Below are positions 1 to 12,637 of a DNA stretch of 64,000 nucleotides, piece after piece. Both the position numbers and the translations under genes were made by a program. The notes under the pieces are model-generated. The model did no database searches and had not been told where the DNA came from. It was given only the letters and a program-made list of their open reading frames with translations. Location: assembly GCF_964355755.1 (NCBI RefSeq), contig NC_092673.1, forward strand, positions 6,944,001 through 7,008,000, read 5' to 3'. The DNA comes from Antedon mediterranea. Lineage: Eukaryota; Animalia; Echinodermata. The first letter of the stretch is position 1, and the number at the start of each line of letters is the position of its first letter.

Positions 1-343
1 AGTCATTTTATGTAATTTCGACCACCAAATTCACGTATTCATATAAGTTATACTGTATCTAAAATATTATATTATATTTCCTTTTTCAGCCTTCCATACC
101 TCCCGATTCACTCATTAAATTAATAATAATTAAAAACAAACGATAATTGAACAACCGACAAACAGAAAACAAGTATAACGTATAGCCTATTTGCAAAAAT
201 TGATATTTTGATCAGTTTATCACGATAAATTCAGCTGAACAAACGAAAAACAGAAAACAAGTATAGCAGAAATCGATATTTTAATCAGTTTATTATGAAC
301 TTGGTTGAAACATTAACTCAATAATAATGTATGTTCAATTTAG

Positions 344-3300
344 ATACAATGAGCGAAGCAGCTGGGAATATGTGTACAAAAGTTGCAAGTACGACAACAG
401 CTTCTACAACGAACACACAACTCGATGGAGCAACAAACACAACAACTGATGCAACAATGTACACAACAACAGATGGAGTAAACGTTATAACAACAGTTGC
501 TACAACGGCCACACAGCCTGTTGGAGCAACGGACACAACACCAGATGCTACAATGAACACAAAAACAGATGGAGCAAAATATATAACAGCTGCTACAACG
601 GACACACAACCCGATGAAGCAATAGACACAACATATGCTACAATGGACACACAACCCGATGGAGCAACGGGCACATTACTAGCTACTACAACGGACACAG
701 CAACAGATAGAGCAACGGACACAACAACAGCTGCTACAACGGACACACAATCCGATGGAGCAACGAACACACCACCAGCTGCTACAACGGACACACAACC
801 CGATGGAGCAACGGGCACAACACCAGCTGCTACAACGGACACACAACCCGATGGAGCAACGGGCACAACACCAGCTGCTACAACGGACACACAACCCGAT
901 GGAGCAACTGACACAAAAACAGCTGCTACAACGGACACACAATCCAATGGAGCAACGGGCACAACGCCAGCTGCTACAACGGACACAGCAACATATGGAT
1001 CAACTGACACAACAACAGCTGCTACAACGGACACACAATCCGATGGAGCAACGGGCACAACGCCTGCTGCTACAACGGACACAGCAACATATGGATCAAC
1101 GGACACAACAACAGCTGCTACAACAACGGACACAAAATCCGATGGAGCAACGAACACACCACCAGCTGCTACAACGGACACACAATCCGATGGATCAACG
1201 GGCACAACACCAGCTGCTACAACGGACACAGCAACATATGGATATACTGACACAACAACAGCTGCTACAACGGACACACAATCCGATGGAGCAACGGGCA
1301 CAACGCCAGCTGCTACAACGGACACAGAAACATATGGATCAACGGACACAACAACAGCTGCTACAACGGACACACAATCCGATGGAGCAACGGGCACAAC
1401 GCCAGCTGCTACAACGGACACAGCAACATATGGATCAACGGACACAACAACAGCTGCTACAACGGACACACAATCCGATGGAGCAACGAACACACCACCA
1501 GCTGCTACAACGGACACACAATCCGATGGAGCAACGAACACACCAACAGCTGCTAAAACGGACACACAATCCGATGGAGCAACGAACACACCAACAGCTG
1601 CTACAACGGACACACAATCCGATGGAGCAACGAACACACCACCAGCTGCTACAACGGACACACAATCCGATGGAGCAACGAACACACCAACAGCTGCTAC
1701 AACGGACACACAATCCGATGGAGCAACGAACACACCACCAGCTGCTACAACGGACACACAATCCGATGGAGCAACGAACACACCACCAGCTGCTACAACG
1801 GACACACAATCCGATGGAGCAACGAACACACCAACAGCTGCTACAACGGACACAGTAACTATGAATAATCCAAAACACACAACTGTCACAACAGTGACCA
1901 CGACCAATCAAGGTACTGTATAAGAAATTTTAATCAGATCTTAATGTTTGAACACAATAAATGACTGTAGTGTAACAGTTATTAATTTATTTCCAGATTC
2001 AACAACTGCAGAAAGACGCTGTGTAGCATCAACGATAGGTAACGAATCTTTATGCAAATTAATTTCAACAACATATCTATTCTATTTCCATTGTTTGTGT
2101 TTTTTTTGTCTTGTTTATACTACGTATATTATGCGTTTTTATTTAAAAAAAACTACCTTTCTTCGTTTATCTGATCATCTGTCTATTCAGTAATACATTT
2201 CTGTATCGTCAATGCATTCCTTAAACTGACATTCTCATACTCTCATAAAGTCATTTGATTGGTTAGCCCGTATTAACACTTCTGATTGGTTAATTGAGCA
2301 TGATGTTCCGTTCAGGAATAATGGGAAAGTGATATACTGTATAATGATGATTAATGGGCTAGTATACACGTTCAGCTTTTTGTAAACATTTTTGACACGC
2401 AAGGTTAATGACTGATCCGCGTTTCAGAATCAACCTGTGTGCGCGGCTTGTTAGAGCCCCTTCGTACTTTACAATTTACACGTGAAATGGTCGCGTGTGG
2501 TGTAAATTTTGAGATAAACCAGCTGTTTCAAAATCCCATTTCAAGTGGTAAATTGACATTTACATGTGTAAATTGTTTATAGTTCGAACAGTTCGTCTGT
2601 TTAGTCCCTATTGTAATTATAGGTTTACACGTGTAATTGAGTTTTAAATCCGAACAAACACCCTTATAAGTGTTCTACCCCGCGTCCAAATTTGGAGCAC
2701 TGTATCTTTCCCGGCGGCCTAATTGAATACAAGCTTAATAAGAACAGTAAATGTGTTGATATAAAGTTTGCGGTACACCACGTGTATTAGTTCTGAAAAG
2801 TCGACCTCAAAGTATATTAATCGAAACGTCGAGAAACTCAACAGTTCCTTTCAGAACTAATATACGTGGTGCACCAGAAACTTTATATCAATATTTGATT
2901 TCGCCATCCAAACCTTCAAACAATAGTATATGTGTTATAGAAGCAGATAATGAATGTTTTGTATTTGTTGAATGAAAATAATATTTATTGAGTTGAAAGA
3001 CCGACAGCTCATGATATATTCTCACCATTCAACGAAATAGTATGACGACCGCTAATTATTCATTTCAAGTTGCAGGTACTGTACTGTACTATTATTTTCA
3101 GTTTTTAAATGAATTGAAATGTTTCTGCATCGCGGTGGACCTGAATATTGCACGGCGGGTAATCCACACGTAGATCCCCCGAATTTTTGCATGGCCTACC
3201 TTTCGACATTAATATTATTATTATTACTGTTTAATAGATGTACAAGGATACTTCAGAAAGATCAATTCGGATGGACAGGAAGTTTGCCTGTTGGATAAAA

Positions 3301-3491
3301 CAACTTATAGCATAAACGTTAGTGGCGTTAGAGAATGTGCGCTTGAGTGTTTATCCCATTTCCTTTGTGACGGCTTTGTCGTCACCAATCAAAACAATAT
3401 AATTTGTTCGCTTTTGGGCAGGAAACTTACTCAAAACAAATTCAGAGCTAAAAATTGTGTTACGTATAAAAAGTACTTGACTATTATCTAA
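344..3491 (+). CDS. 3' part of a secreted mucin-PAN/apple gene (paralog 1; 5' exons lie upstream of the window)
   Basis: Exons 344-1912 (Thr/Asp/Ala repeat, tag|AT..CAAG|gt), 1997-2038 (DSTTAERRCVASTI) and 3238-3491 (DVQGYFRKINSDGQEVCLL..ECALECLSHFLCDGF..ICSLL..NCVTYKKYLTII*). All introns are GT-AG, phase 1 and join in frame. The last two exons are homologous to exons 8-9 of the genes at 27231 and 40822. Confidence 0.85.
590..1855 (+). repeat. Coding 48-bp minisatellite (16-aa unit AATTDTQSDGATNTPP)
   Basis: Unit gctgctacaacggacacacaatccgatggagcaacgaacacaccacca repeated in tandem, alternating with an AATTDTATYGSTDTTT variant. Confidence 0.95.
2752..2896. mobile_element. Small hairpin-type MITE in an intron
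   Basis: About 50-bp imperfect inverted repeats: ttgatataaagttt..ccacgtgtattagttctgaaa / tttcagaactaatatacgtgg..aaactttatatcaa. Confidence 0.55.
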
Positions 3492-4138
3492 TAATATAAC
3501 TAGAAATGCAAGTGCAAGTGAGTTATGCGATCAGATATATACGTACAGTAGTGGCCTTCCTAAAGACAAAGCCTATGTCTATAGTAGAATGCTTCTTATT
3601 GGATAAAAAAAATCACACGGAATATGCAGTGTCATTGCCTGCAATAAGCAATAATTGATTTCACCCGCAGAGAGCGACGAAAGCCATCTTAGGCCTACGT
3701 TTTAAAGACAAACCATGGCATTTCGGTTCTCACAAACAATGAAGCGCGAAGGAAGGAAATTATTGTACAAAATTTGAATAGCCCAAAATCACGACTCCAT
3801 ACAAATATAATCGTTCAGTACTGTCTAAAAGGGTGTCCAAAAAACTAAGATCTCAGATATATCTTAGTTTTCTAGGCGTCCAAGTTTTTATCTTGCACCG
3901 CTGACTAATTACATTGAACAATTTTGTCTACTAACTTAGGAAGCATTAATGCTTAATTGACGTTAAAATATAGACCTATTTAATATTAATGTTAAAAGAT
4001 ATCGATGAGGTAATTAATTGTGATATTGAGGTTTTATGAAGATAAACAACCAAACAGCAATTAATGATAATGATAAGTATGATAATGGTGCTGATGACGA
4101 TAAAAGCGATGAGGAACTGGAAATATAAATTTATAAGA

Positions 4139-4871
4139 AACAAGGCCAACAGCCATTAAGTCGCGTGCTACAATGCATAGTGATACCGGACCGACAGACA
4201 GACCGACCGACATAGTGAACTATACTGACCGAAATTACTGAACATGTTTAAAAATGTTGAAATGTTTAAAAGCATTTATATTTTTTTAATTTACACGTGC
4301 GTAGCCTGTCACTTTCGACGTGCTCGTATAACGTAATTTCGAGTTGAAAAGTAAGTCAAGAAAACAGAAATCGGGCAAAAAGAGTTCGCAATAACATTTA
4401 ACGCGCAGTGCGCACGCAAAAATATGCGCACTCATGGCAATTTTGTAAACGCTTAAAATTGCCTGAAACGTACTCTTATTTCATCGAAAATAAATTCTGA
4501 AAATTTTAAGCGCGCGTACCCATGCGTTACATGCGCTACGCACGTAATTGTATTGCCATATGATGATTTATGCCCTGAAATTTATGAGTACCAAATTTTA
4601 TTTAATTGTGATTCATGGTTGTGAAGATATGATTACAAACGTGATTTCGTTAAATCGTGCGCAGACCGCGTAATTTTCTATTGCGCACCGTGAAAACATA
4701 ACCACATCGATTCCTGGCCATAAGGAATATTCTGTGAAAAATTGACTTAGCTAGATTAAACTGATATCAAGATAAGGTCAGAAAGCGATAAAACGCATAG
4801 TGATACCGGACCGACAGACAGACCGACCAACCGACCGACATAGTGAACTATAGAGACGCTTCCACGCGACT
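4139..4871 (-). mobile_element. Non-autonomous Helentron-associated element (HINE/DINE-1-like), long form
   Basis: On the minus strand it starts TTTTAGTCGCGTGG, carries (GTCY)n microsatellites and ends with the subterminal inverted copy CACGCGACTT plus GGCTGTTGGCCTTGTT. No TSD. Near-identical copy at 6623-7426. Confidence 0.75.
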
Positions 4872-5080
4872 AAAAACCTAAAATGAAGACGAGCACAATG
4901 ATTGCTTCCTTTATAAATGGAGGAATAAAAATGATAGATTTTAAAGCTAAAAGTAAAAGCTCTGAAATTCATGCATGGATTAGGAATTTAACCGAATAAG
5001 AAATAGCTGGAAATGGAAGATCGATCTTTTATTTTATTTAAAAAAGTATGACTTTGGAAATATTGCATTGGCAATGTTAG

Positions 5081-5735
5081 GTACCGCATTGTTTTTAAAA
5101 TATTACTCTTTGTTTTTAAGTCTATAAATGGCATGGCTCCTGAGTATATTTCTGACATGCTTAGGCTGTATGTTCCCGGACGTAATCTGCGTTCTAGTGA
5201 CTCGCTGCTTCTACATCAGCCTAAGTCTCACCACTCATGGGGTGACAGAGCATTCTCCGTTACTGCTCCTCGTCTGTGGAATGCTCTACCGAGCTCTATA
5301 AGATTTTGCAAAACTGTTGATACTTTTAAAAAATTATTAAAAACACATTTATTCATTAAGGCATATGGAAATCATGAGGTTTCTTAAAGTTTTTTAGACT
5401 TAGAATTGTTTTGTATACCTTTCCAGGCCAGCATTATCTTTGGGGTGCCTCTGTCTTGGTTGTTGTCTCTGAGCACCCGGTCGTCTGTGGCAAGGCAAAT
5501 GTGTATCCTGCTCCTTTGTTTGGTCACCTAGGTAGGGGTCCGGGACCGCGACAGAACGACAACGGATGGGGACCCTCCAAAGAAATTGCATTTTATTTTT
5601 CAGGAATTTGTATGATTTATTTTTTTTTTATTTTTAAATGCGCCTTGAGCACTCTGGAGTGGTATGTGCGCTATAAAAATCTTATTATTATTATTATTAT
5701 TATTAGTGTTAGTGTTATTATTATTATTATATTAT
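5081..5735 (+). mobile_element. 5'-truncated L2/CR1-group LINE 3' end
   Basis: ORF2 C-terminus APEYISDML..NLRS..WGDRAFSVTAPRLWNALP..IR..FKKLLKTHLF*, then a 3' UTR ending gcgctataaaaatc-(TTA)n. Confidence 0.85.
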
Positions 5736-5779
5736 TTATATTGAACCTCATTTTATAAACTCCTTAATTTTGAATTTGT

Positions 5780-6600
5780 TAAAACATATTCCAAAATGTT
5801 ATCAATATGTGATTCTTGAAATGATTAGTATTTATCAATGTACAATTAAATAATTTTTGTCTAGATCTGAAATAATGAAACAACCTGTCTTGGAAATGTA
5901 TATTACAGATTAATGAATCACTTGTATTGTATATTTTAATAATTGGATCGAATCTGGAATGATTACAATTGTAAAAATGGTATCTGAACAATTCCAAAAG
6001 AGAAGATATGTAATAAGTTAATGAAGAAGCATACAATACAGTTACTATTGTATTAAGAAAAATATTTCTAAGCCTATTAAGCGTAGAAAATAATAATGTA
6101 TATAAAAATGAAAAGGTTAAGACATATAGATGTGATGTATATACTAATATGATGGTTAAACAACAATTTAAACTCATTTATCACTTAGTGCACAAAATAA
6201 TATGCAAATGAAAATACAGAATGGGAAAATATATGGCTTGCAAATGTTATTACCATTAATAACAAAGATATCAGAATGTAAGTTATGTAAGATTAGACTA
6301 TCAACTAATTAAAATTAAAAAAACTGTAAAGATTGTGAAAAATGCAAGGTGAGGTAAAACTCATCCTTTTGAAAAATGTAAGATAACGGAATCCATTTGA
6401 AACAAATTATGTTGTTACTTTAAGAAATTTAATCCTACGCATTTTAACTTACTATATTTACTTATAAAAATTGAAACTTTAGGAATATTTTGTTTATACA
6501 AACGTAAAATACTTGAAAATGTACATCGGTATACAGTATGTTTTAAATTAATTAAAATTCAGGTCACAATATTTTTACAAATGAAGAGAAGAGCATTATA
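5780..6600 (+). mobile_element. Possible highly decayed L1/Tx1-like ORF2 C-terminal relic
   Basis: A-rich, stop-riddled region with a remnant CEKCK..H..EKC..W pattern near 6330-6400, reminiscent of the zf-RVT knuckle. Weak support. Confidence 0.25.
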
Positions 6601-6622
6601 AAACAAAACTAAACAATATAAT

Positions 6623-7426
6623 AACAAGGCCAACAGCCATTAAGTCGCGTGCTACAATGCATAGTGATACCGGACCGACAGACAGACCGACAGACAGACC
6701 GACAGACAGACCGACAGACCGACAGACAGACAGACCGACCGACCGACATAGTGAACTATACTGACCGAAATTACTGAACATGTTTAAAAATGTTGAATGT
6801 TTAAAAACATTTATACTTTTTTAATTTACACGTGGGTAGCCTGTCAATTTCGACGTGCTCGTATAACGTAATTTCGAGTTGAAAAGTAAGTCAAGAAAAC
6901 AGAAATCGGGCAAAAAGAGTGCGCAATAACATTTAACGCGCAGTGCGCGCGCAAAAATATGCGCACTCATGGCAATTTTGTAAACGCTTAAAATTGCCTG
7001 AAATGTACTCTTATTTCATCGAAAATAAATTTTGAAAATTTTAAGCGCGCGTACGCATGCGTTACATGCGCTACGCACGTAATTGTATTGCCATATGATG
7101 ATTTATGCCCTGAAATTTATGAGTACCAAATTTTATTTAATTGTGATTCATGGTTGTGAAGATATGATTACAAACGTGATTTCGTTAAATCGTGCGTAGA
7201 CCGCGTAATTTTTTATTGCGCACCGTGAAAACATAACCACATTGATTCCTGGCCATAAGGAATATACTGTGAAAAATTGACCTAGCTAGATTAAACTGAT
7301 ATCAAGATAAGGTCAGAAAGCGATAAAACGCATAGTGATACCGGACCGACAGACAGACAGACAGACCGACAGACAGACCGACCAACCGACCGACATAGTG
7401 AACTATAGAGTCGCTTCCACGCGACT
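6623..7426 (-). mobile_element. HINE/DINE-1-like element, second long copy
   Basis: Nearly identical to 4139-4871; differs mainly in GACA/GACC repeat number. Confidence 0.75.
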
Positions 7427-7851
7427 AAAAAGATGCTTGATTGAAAAAAAAAGGATAAATATTATTAATTAAGTAAAAGAGATTGAGTTTGTGTACAACA
7501 TTTGTAACATGAAAAATGTACTTACTTATATTATAATACATTATGTGAATAATGCTAAGGAAAGCTAATTCTACATAGAGAAACTTGTGCATGCAAATAC
7601 TGTATGAAAAATATTTATACTGTAGAAAAGAAATTTAAAAAAAGACGTTAGATTAAAATCATACAAATTAGTTAAAAGATATTCAAATGAAACTAATAAA
7701 AGCAATTTTTATGAATTTAATGATAAATGCAAGTAATGTCTTACTGAGTAAACAGTTATATTTATGAATAAGATACACAGTAATGTAAAGTGTACTATTG
7801 TACTTTTTATTTTATTATAAGAAATGTAGAGAAATGTGTTTATATATATAG

Positions 7852-8185
7852 AAGTATCTCTTCGGGGATCCGGCCTCGTGAATAAAAAATACTGAAAGAT
7901 GAGGGCGTATCAATTTGATCTCTGGAGCGCGTGCGTACAATTGAGGACTAGTGCTGTTCCGCCGTACCACGCCGAGAATGTTAAATAGTCGCTATCCAAT
8001 CGAGTTTGAACAATACCATGAAAGCCCCAGTGGTCTAATGGTAAGAACATCTACATATCAAGCAGGCGGTCCGAGTTCGAGTCTCGGTTGGGACACAGAT
8101 TTCCTCATCTTTATCGTTTCAAATTAATTAATTAAGTTTCAGTATATTACCGGGCGGTTTAGAATTAATGTTCTTTGCCTGATTT
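7852..8185 (+). mobile_element. About 350-bp tRNA-containing interspersed repeat, copy 1, flanked by (TA)n
   Basis: Matches 8198-8279+10288-10570 and 35213-35565 (reverse). Internal A box TGGTCTAATGG and B box GTTCGAGTC at 8024-8092. Confidence 0.75.
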
Positions 8186-8197
8186 TTTTATATATAT

Positions 8198-10570
8198 AAA
8201 GTATCTCTTCGGAGATCCCGCCTCGTGAATAAAAATACTGTAAAAATGAGGGCGTATGAATTTGATCTCTGGTGCGCGTTGTTACAACCGTTAATGTAGA
8301 AAACGCCAGCTTATGTCGAAACAACCGTTAATGTAGAACAATCCACCGCTTATGTAGTAAAACCTCCAGCTTATGTAGAAACACCAACAGCTTATGTAGT
8401 AAATAAAAACCAACACCAGCTAATGTAGAAACGGTCAACAGCTTATGTAGTAACGAAAATTGCCTCCCAGCTTATGTAGTTACTATCGCCAGCTAATGTA
8501 GAAAATGTTACATATTTTACAAAAATGTCTAAATCATGTGCAAATGCATCGATATTAACTTAGCTATCAGTCTTTCCACCTCTCGTAAGCAACCAACTTT
8601 CTAAAACGACCACACATCGTAAGCTACCATCTCTGTTAAGGGACCGCTTCTCATAATCGACCACCTCTCGTAAGGGATCACCTCCTCTCATAAGGGACCA
8701 CTTCTCATAATCGACCATCTCTCGTAAGTGACCACCTCTCTTAACGACCACACCTCTCGTAAGTGACCACCTCTTTTAAGGGACCACGACCTCTTTCTCT
8801 CTATTAAAGGACCGCTTCTCATAATCGTCAGTGACGACTGTTTTAAAGGACCACCTCTCTTAACGACCCCACCTCTCGTAAGTGACGACCTCTTTTAAAG
8901 GACCACTTTCTCTGTTAGAGACTGCTTCTAATTATCGACCATATCTCGTAAGCGACCACCTTAACGACCACACCACTCGTCAGTGGCGACCTCTTTTAAA
9001 AAGCCAGCACCTCCTCTATTTAAGGACCGCTTTTCATAATCGACCTTCACCCGTTACATCGACCTCTGGAAAGTTACTACCTCTATTGAACGACCGCCGT
9101 CTCTGTTCAGGTCCCACTTCTCATCATTAACCATCTCCCGTAAGCGATATAGTCGATTATGAGAAGCGGTTCTATAATAGAGAGAAAAAGGTCGTGGTCA
9201 CTTACGAGAGGTGTGATCGTTAAGAGAGATAGTCGCTTACGAGAGGTGGTCGATTATGAAAAGCGGTCCCTTAAAGGAGGAGGTGATCACTTCCGAGAGG
9301 TGGTCGATTATGATAAATGGTCCCTTAAAAGAGACGGTGGTCGTTCAATAGAGGTGGTCACTTACTAGAGGTCGTTGTGACGGGAGATAGTCGATTATGA
9401 GAAGCGGTCCTTTAATAGAGAGAAAGAGGTCGTGGTCCCTTAAAAGAGGTGGTCATTTACGAGAGGTGTGGTCGTTAAGAGAGATGGTCGCTTACGAGAA
9501 GTGGTCCCTTAACAGAAACGGTGGAAGTTCAATAGAGGTGGGCAATTCAATTGAGAAGCGGCCCTTTAATAGAGAGAAATATGTCGTGGTCCCTTAAAAA
9601 AGGTGGTCATTTACGAGAGGTGGGCTACGAGAGGTGCAGTGGTCGATTATTAGAAGCGGTCCCTTACGAGAGGTGTGGTCGTTAAGAGAGATGGTCGCTT
9701 ACGAGAAGTGGTCCCTTAACAGAAACGGTGGAAGTTCAATAGAGGTGGGCAATTCAATAGAGAAGCGGCCCTTTAATAGAGAGAAATATGTCGTGGTCCC
9801 TTAAAAAAGGTGGTCATTTACGAGAGGTGGTCGCTTACGAGAGGTGCAGTGGTCGATTATTAGAAGCGGTCCCTTATGAGAGGAGGTGATCCCTTACGAG
9901 AGGTGGTCGATTATGAGAAGCGGTCCCTTAACAGAGATGGTAGCTTACGATGTGTGGTCGTTTTAGAAAGTTGGTTGCTTACGAGAGGTGGAAAGACTGA
10001 TAGCTAAGTAAAGATCGATGCATTTGCACATGATTTAGACATTTTTGTAAAATATGTAACATTTTCTACATTAGCTGGCGATAGTAACTACATAAGCTGG
10101 GAGGCATTTTTCGTTACTACATAAGCTGGTGACCGTTTCTACATTAGCTGGTGTTGATTTTTATTTACTACATAAGCTGTTGGTGTTTCTACATAAGCTG
10201 GAGGTTTTACTACATAAGCGGTGGATTGTTCTACATTAACGGTTGTTTCGACATAAGCTGGCGTTTTCTACATTAACGGTTGTAACACGCGTGCGTACAA
10301 CACTGAGGACTATAGAGCTGTTCCGCCGTACCACGCCGAGAATGTTAAAGAGTCGCTATCCAATCGAGTTCGAACAATACCATGAAAGCCCCAGTGGTCT
10401 AATGGTTAGGACATCTGCATATCAAGCAGGCGTTCCGAGTTCGAGTCTCGGTTGGGTCGACTTTTTCTCATTCTCACAGATTTCCTCATCTTTATCGTTT
10501 CAAATTAATTAATTAAATTTCAGTATATTACCGGGCGGTTTAGAATTAATGTTCTTTTCCTGATTTGTTT
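8198..10570 (+). mobile_element. tRNA-containing repeat, copy 2 (tandem to copy 1), split by a 2-kb insertion
   Basis: 8198-8279 and 10288-10570 rejoin into the same unit; tRNA-like segment at 10388-10458. Confidence 0.8.
8280..10287. mobile_element. Non-autonomous foldback DNA transposon, TGT..ACA ends, 5-bp TSD (Ginger2-like)
   Basis: Ends TGTTACAACCGTTAATGTAG / CTACATTAACGGTTGTAACA. TSD CGCGT at 8275-8279 and 10288-10292; the empty site is visible in the other repeat copies. Inverted arms extend several hundred bp with cagcttatgtag and gaccacctctcgtaag subrepeats. No transposase ORF. Confidence 0.8.
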
Positions 10571-10581
10571 ATATATATATA

Positions 10582-12637
10582 AGATCGAAGAACTATACAA
10601 ATTCGAAGATGACATACTCCATCTGATACAATCGACAACATTCAAAAACATAGACAACCCTCTACTCAACAAGTTAAAAACCGACTCCAAGAAAATTGAA
10701 AACGAGCCCGAACTTTTAATTGCAGCCGACAAAACCACACATTTCTACAAACTAGACCCACCGACGTATGACAACCTCCTAGAAGAAAACATCACCAAAT
10801 CATACAAGAAAGCAGAACCTGAACTCGTACAAACGATTCATAGAAAAAACAAAAGTATTGCAACAAAATTGAACATCGCCGACAGAGTGGATACAACTGC
10901 AAATAAAGATGCTTTCATAACCCTTAAAGACCACAAACCGAACTTCACTAACAAACCGACTTGCCGATTAATAAACCCGACCAAATCAGAGATAGGCAAG
11001 ATAAGCAAAACTATACTCGATCGTATTAACAGCAAAATTACATCAAAACTTTGCACCAATCAATGGAAAAATACCTCATCGGTCATCGAATGGTTTAAGA
11101 GCATCGACAAGAAACAACAACACAACTTCATATGCTTCGACATCGTAGAATTTTACCCCTCTATCAGCAATGACCTGCAGAACAAAGCACTAGACTTCGC
11201 TAATAGATACGATGATATTACCAACAACGAAAGAGACATCATCGTACATACCAAAAAATCAATATTATCACACAAACAGCAACCATGGCAAAAAAAGGCC
11301 CCACCGCATTCGATGTGACTATGGGTAGTTATGATGGCGCAGAAACGTGTGAACTTGTTGGAAGCTTCCTGTTACACCAATTACAACAGAAACTAGGAAT
11401 CAACATAGGACTTTACAGAGATGACGGCCTTGCCGTCACAGACACCACACCTAAAAGCACAGAAAACATTAAAAAAGACATATGCCAAATATTCAAAGAT
11501 AACGGCCTACGCATTACCATAGAAGCAAACAAACAAGTCATTAACTTCTTAGACGTCACACTAAACCTAGCGAGGAACACATACCAGCCCTACACCAAAC
11601 CAAACGCCACGTTACAGTATATCCATCAACAAAGTAACCACCCACCGACCATCCTAAAGAATATACCCGCCGGAATAAACAAACGACTCTCGTCGTTGTC
11701 ATCCGACAAGAATTCATTCAACCAAGCCGCCCCTGTATGCCAGAAAACTCTCAACGACAGTGGATACCAGTACACACTAAAATACGAGCCGGTAACCCAG
11801 ACAAGACGAAAAAACAGACAACGAAACGACATTCTGTGGTACAACCCACCGTTCAGCAAAAACGTCAGCACAAACATTGGACAGAAATTCCTATCCCTAG
11901 TAGACAAACATTTTCCAAAAGATAACAAACTAAGAAAAATCTTCAACCGAAACACCATCAAGATTAGCTACAGTTGTATGAACAATATGAAACAGATAAT
12001 AGACAGTCACAACAAGAGAATACTCAACCAGCCCGAAACAACATCCATGGAAAACACGCAAGAAATCAAAACATGCAACTGCCGACAGAAAAACACATGC
12101 CCGCTAAACGGAAATTGCCTACAATCATCTGTAATATACCAAGCCACAGTTACACGCAAAGACAAATCCACCTCGGAAACTTATATCGGACTCACTGAAA
12201 ATGATTTTAAAACACGATACAGAAATCACACCTCATCATTCCGTCATACACGTTCTAGAAACTCAACCGAACTCAGTAAACAGGACATTGAAGGACAACA
12301 ACACAGACTATTCAATCTCATGGCGCATCTTGGCAAAAAGAATGCAACCTCTGCCTCAAAGAGAAATTATTTATCATCCGCCACCCTGAATTATCGACAT
12401 TAAACAAACGCAACGAACTCGTGTCCGCCTGCCGGCACAGAAAGAAAGCATTGTTACATAACAGCTGACATTCCAAAACATATCACCTGTAAATGCTAAT
12501 TCTACAAGTAAATGTGCTTATAAGCAACGTTGTAATTGATTGTTCTCATTATAGTCTCCTGATGAGTGAGTTGCACGACTCACGAAACAAGCCTGTAGAG
12601 ACCAAACTGTAGTTTTTACTTCTTTTCCAGACTTAAC

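Noticed and set aside
590-1855. Regular 48-bp repeats resembling a CRISPR array
   Set aside because: No unique spacers and no cas genes; it is an in-frame coding minisatellite in a spliced eukaryotic gene.
318-1911. Val-rich, Cys-rich and Gln-rich ORFs overlapping the first mucin exon
   Set aside because: Antisense and alternate-frame shadows of a stop-poor repeat; only the Thr-rich frame fits the splice phases.
8024-8092. Bona fide tRNA genes at 8024 and 10388
   Set aside because: Stem mismatches, atypical anticodon loop and location inside a repeated mobile unit; reported as tRNA-like instead.
8560-9597. Short ORFs with repeated EVVDYEK/WSL motifs
   Set aside because: Translations of the foldback element's subrepeats; no domain signature and no transposase.
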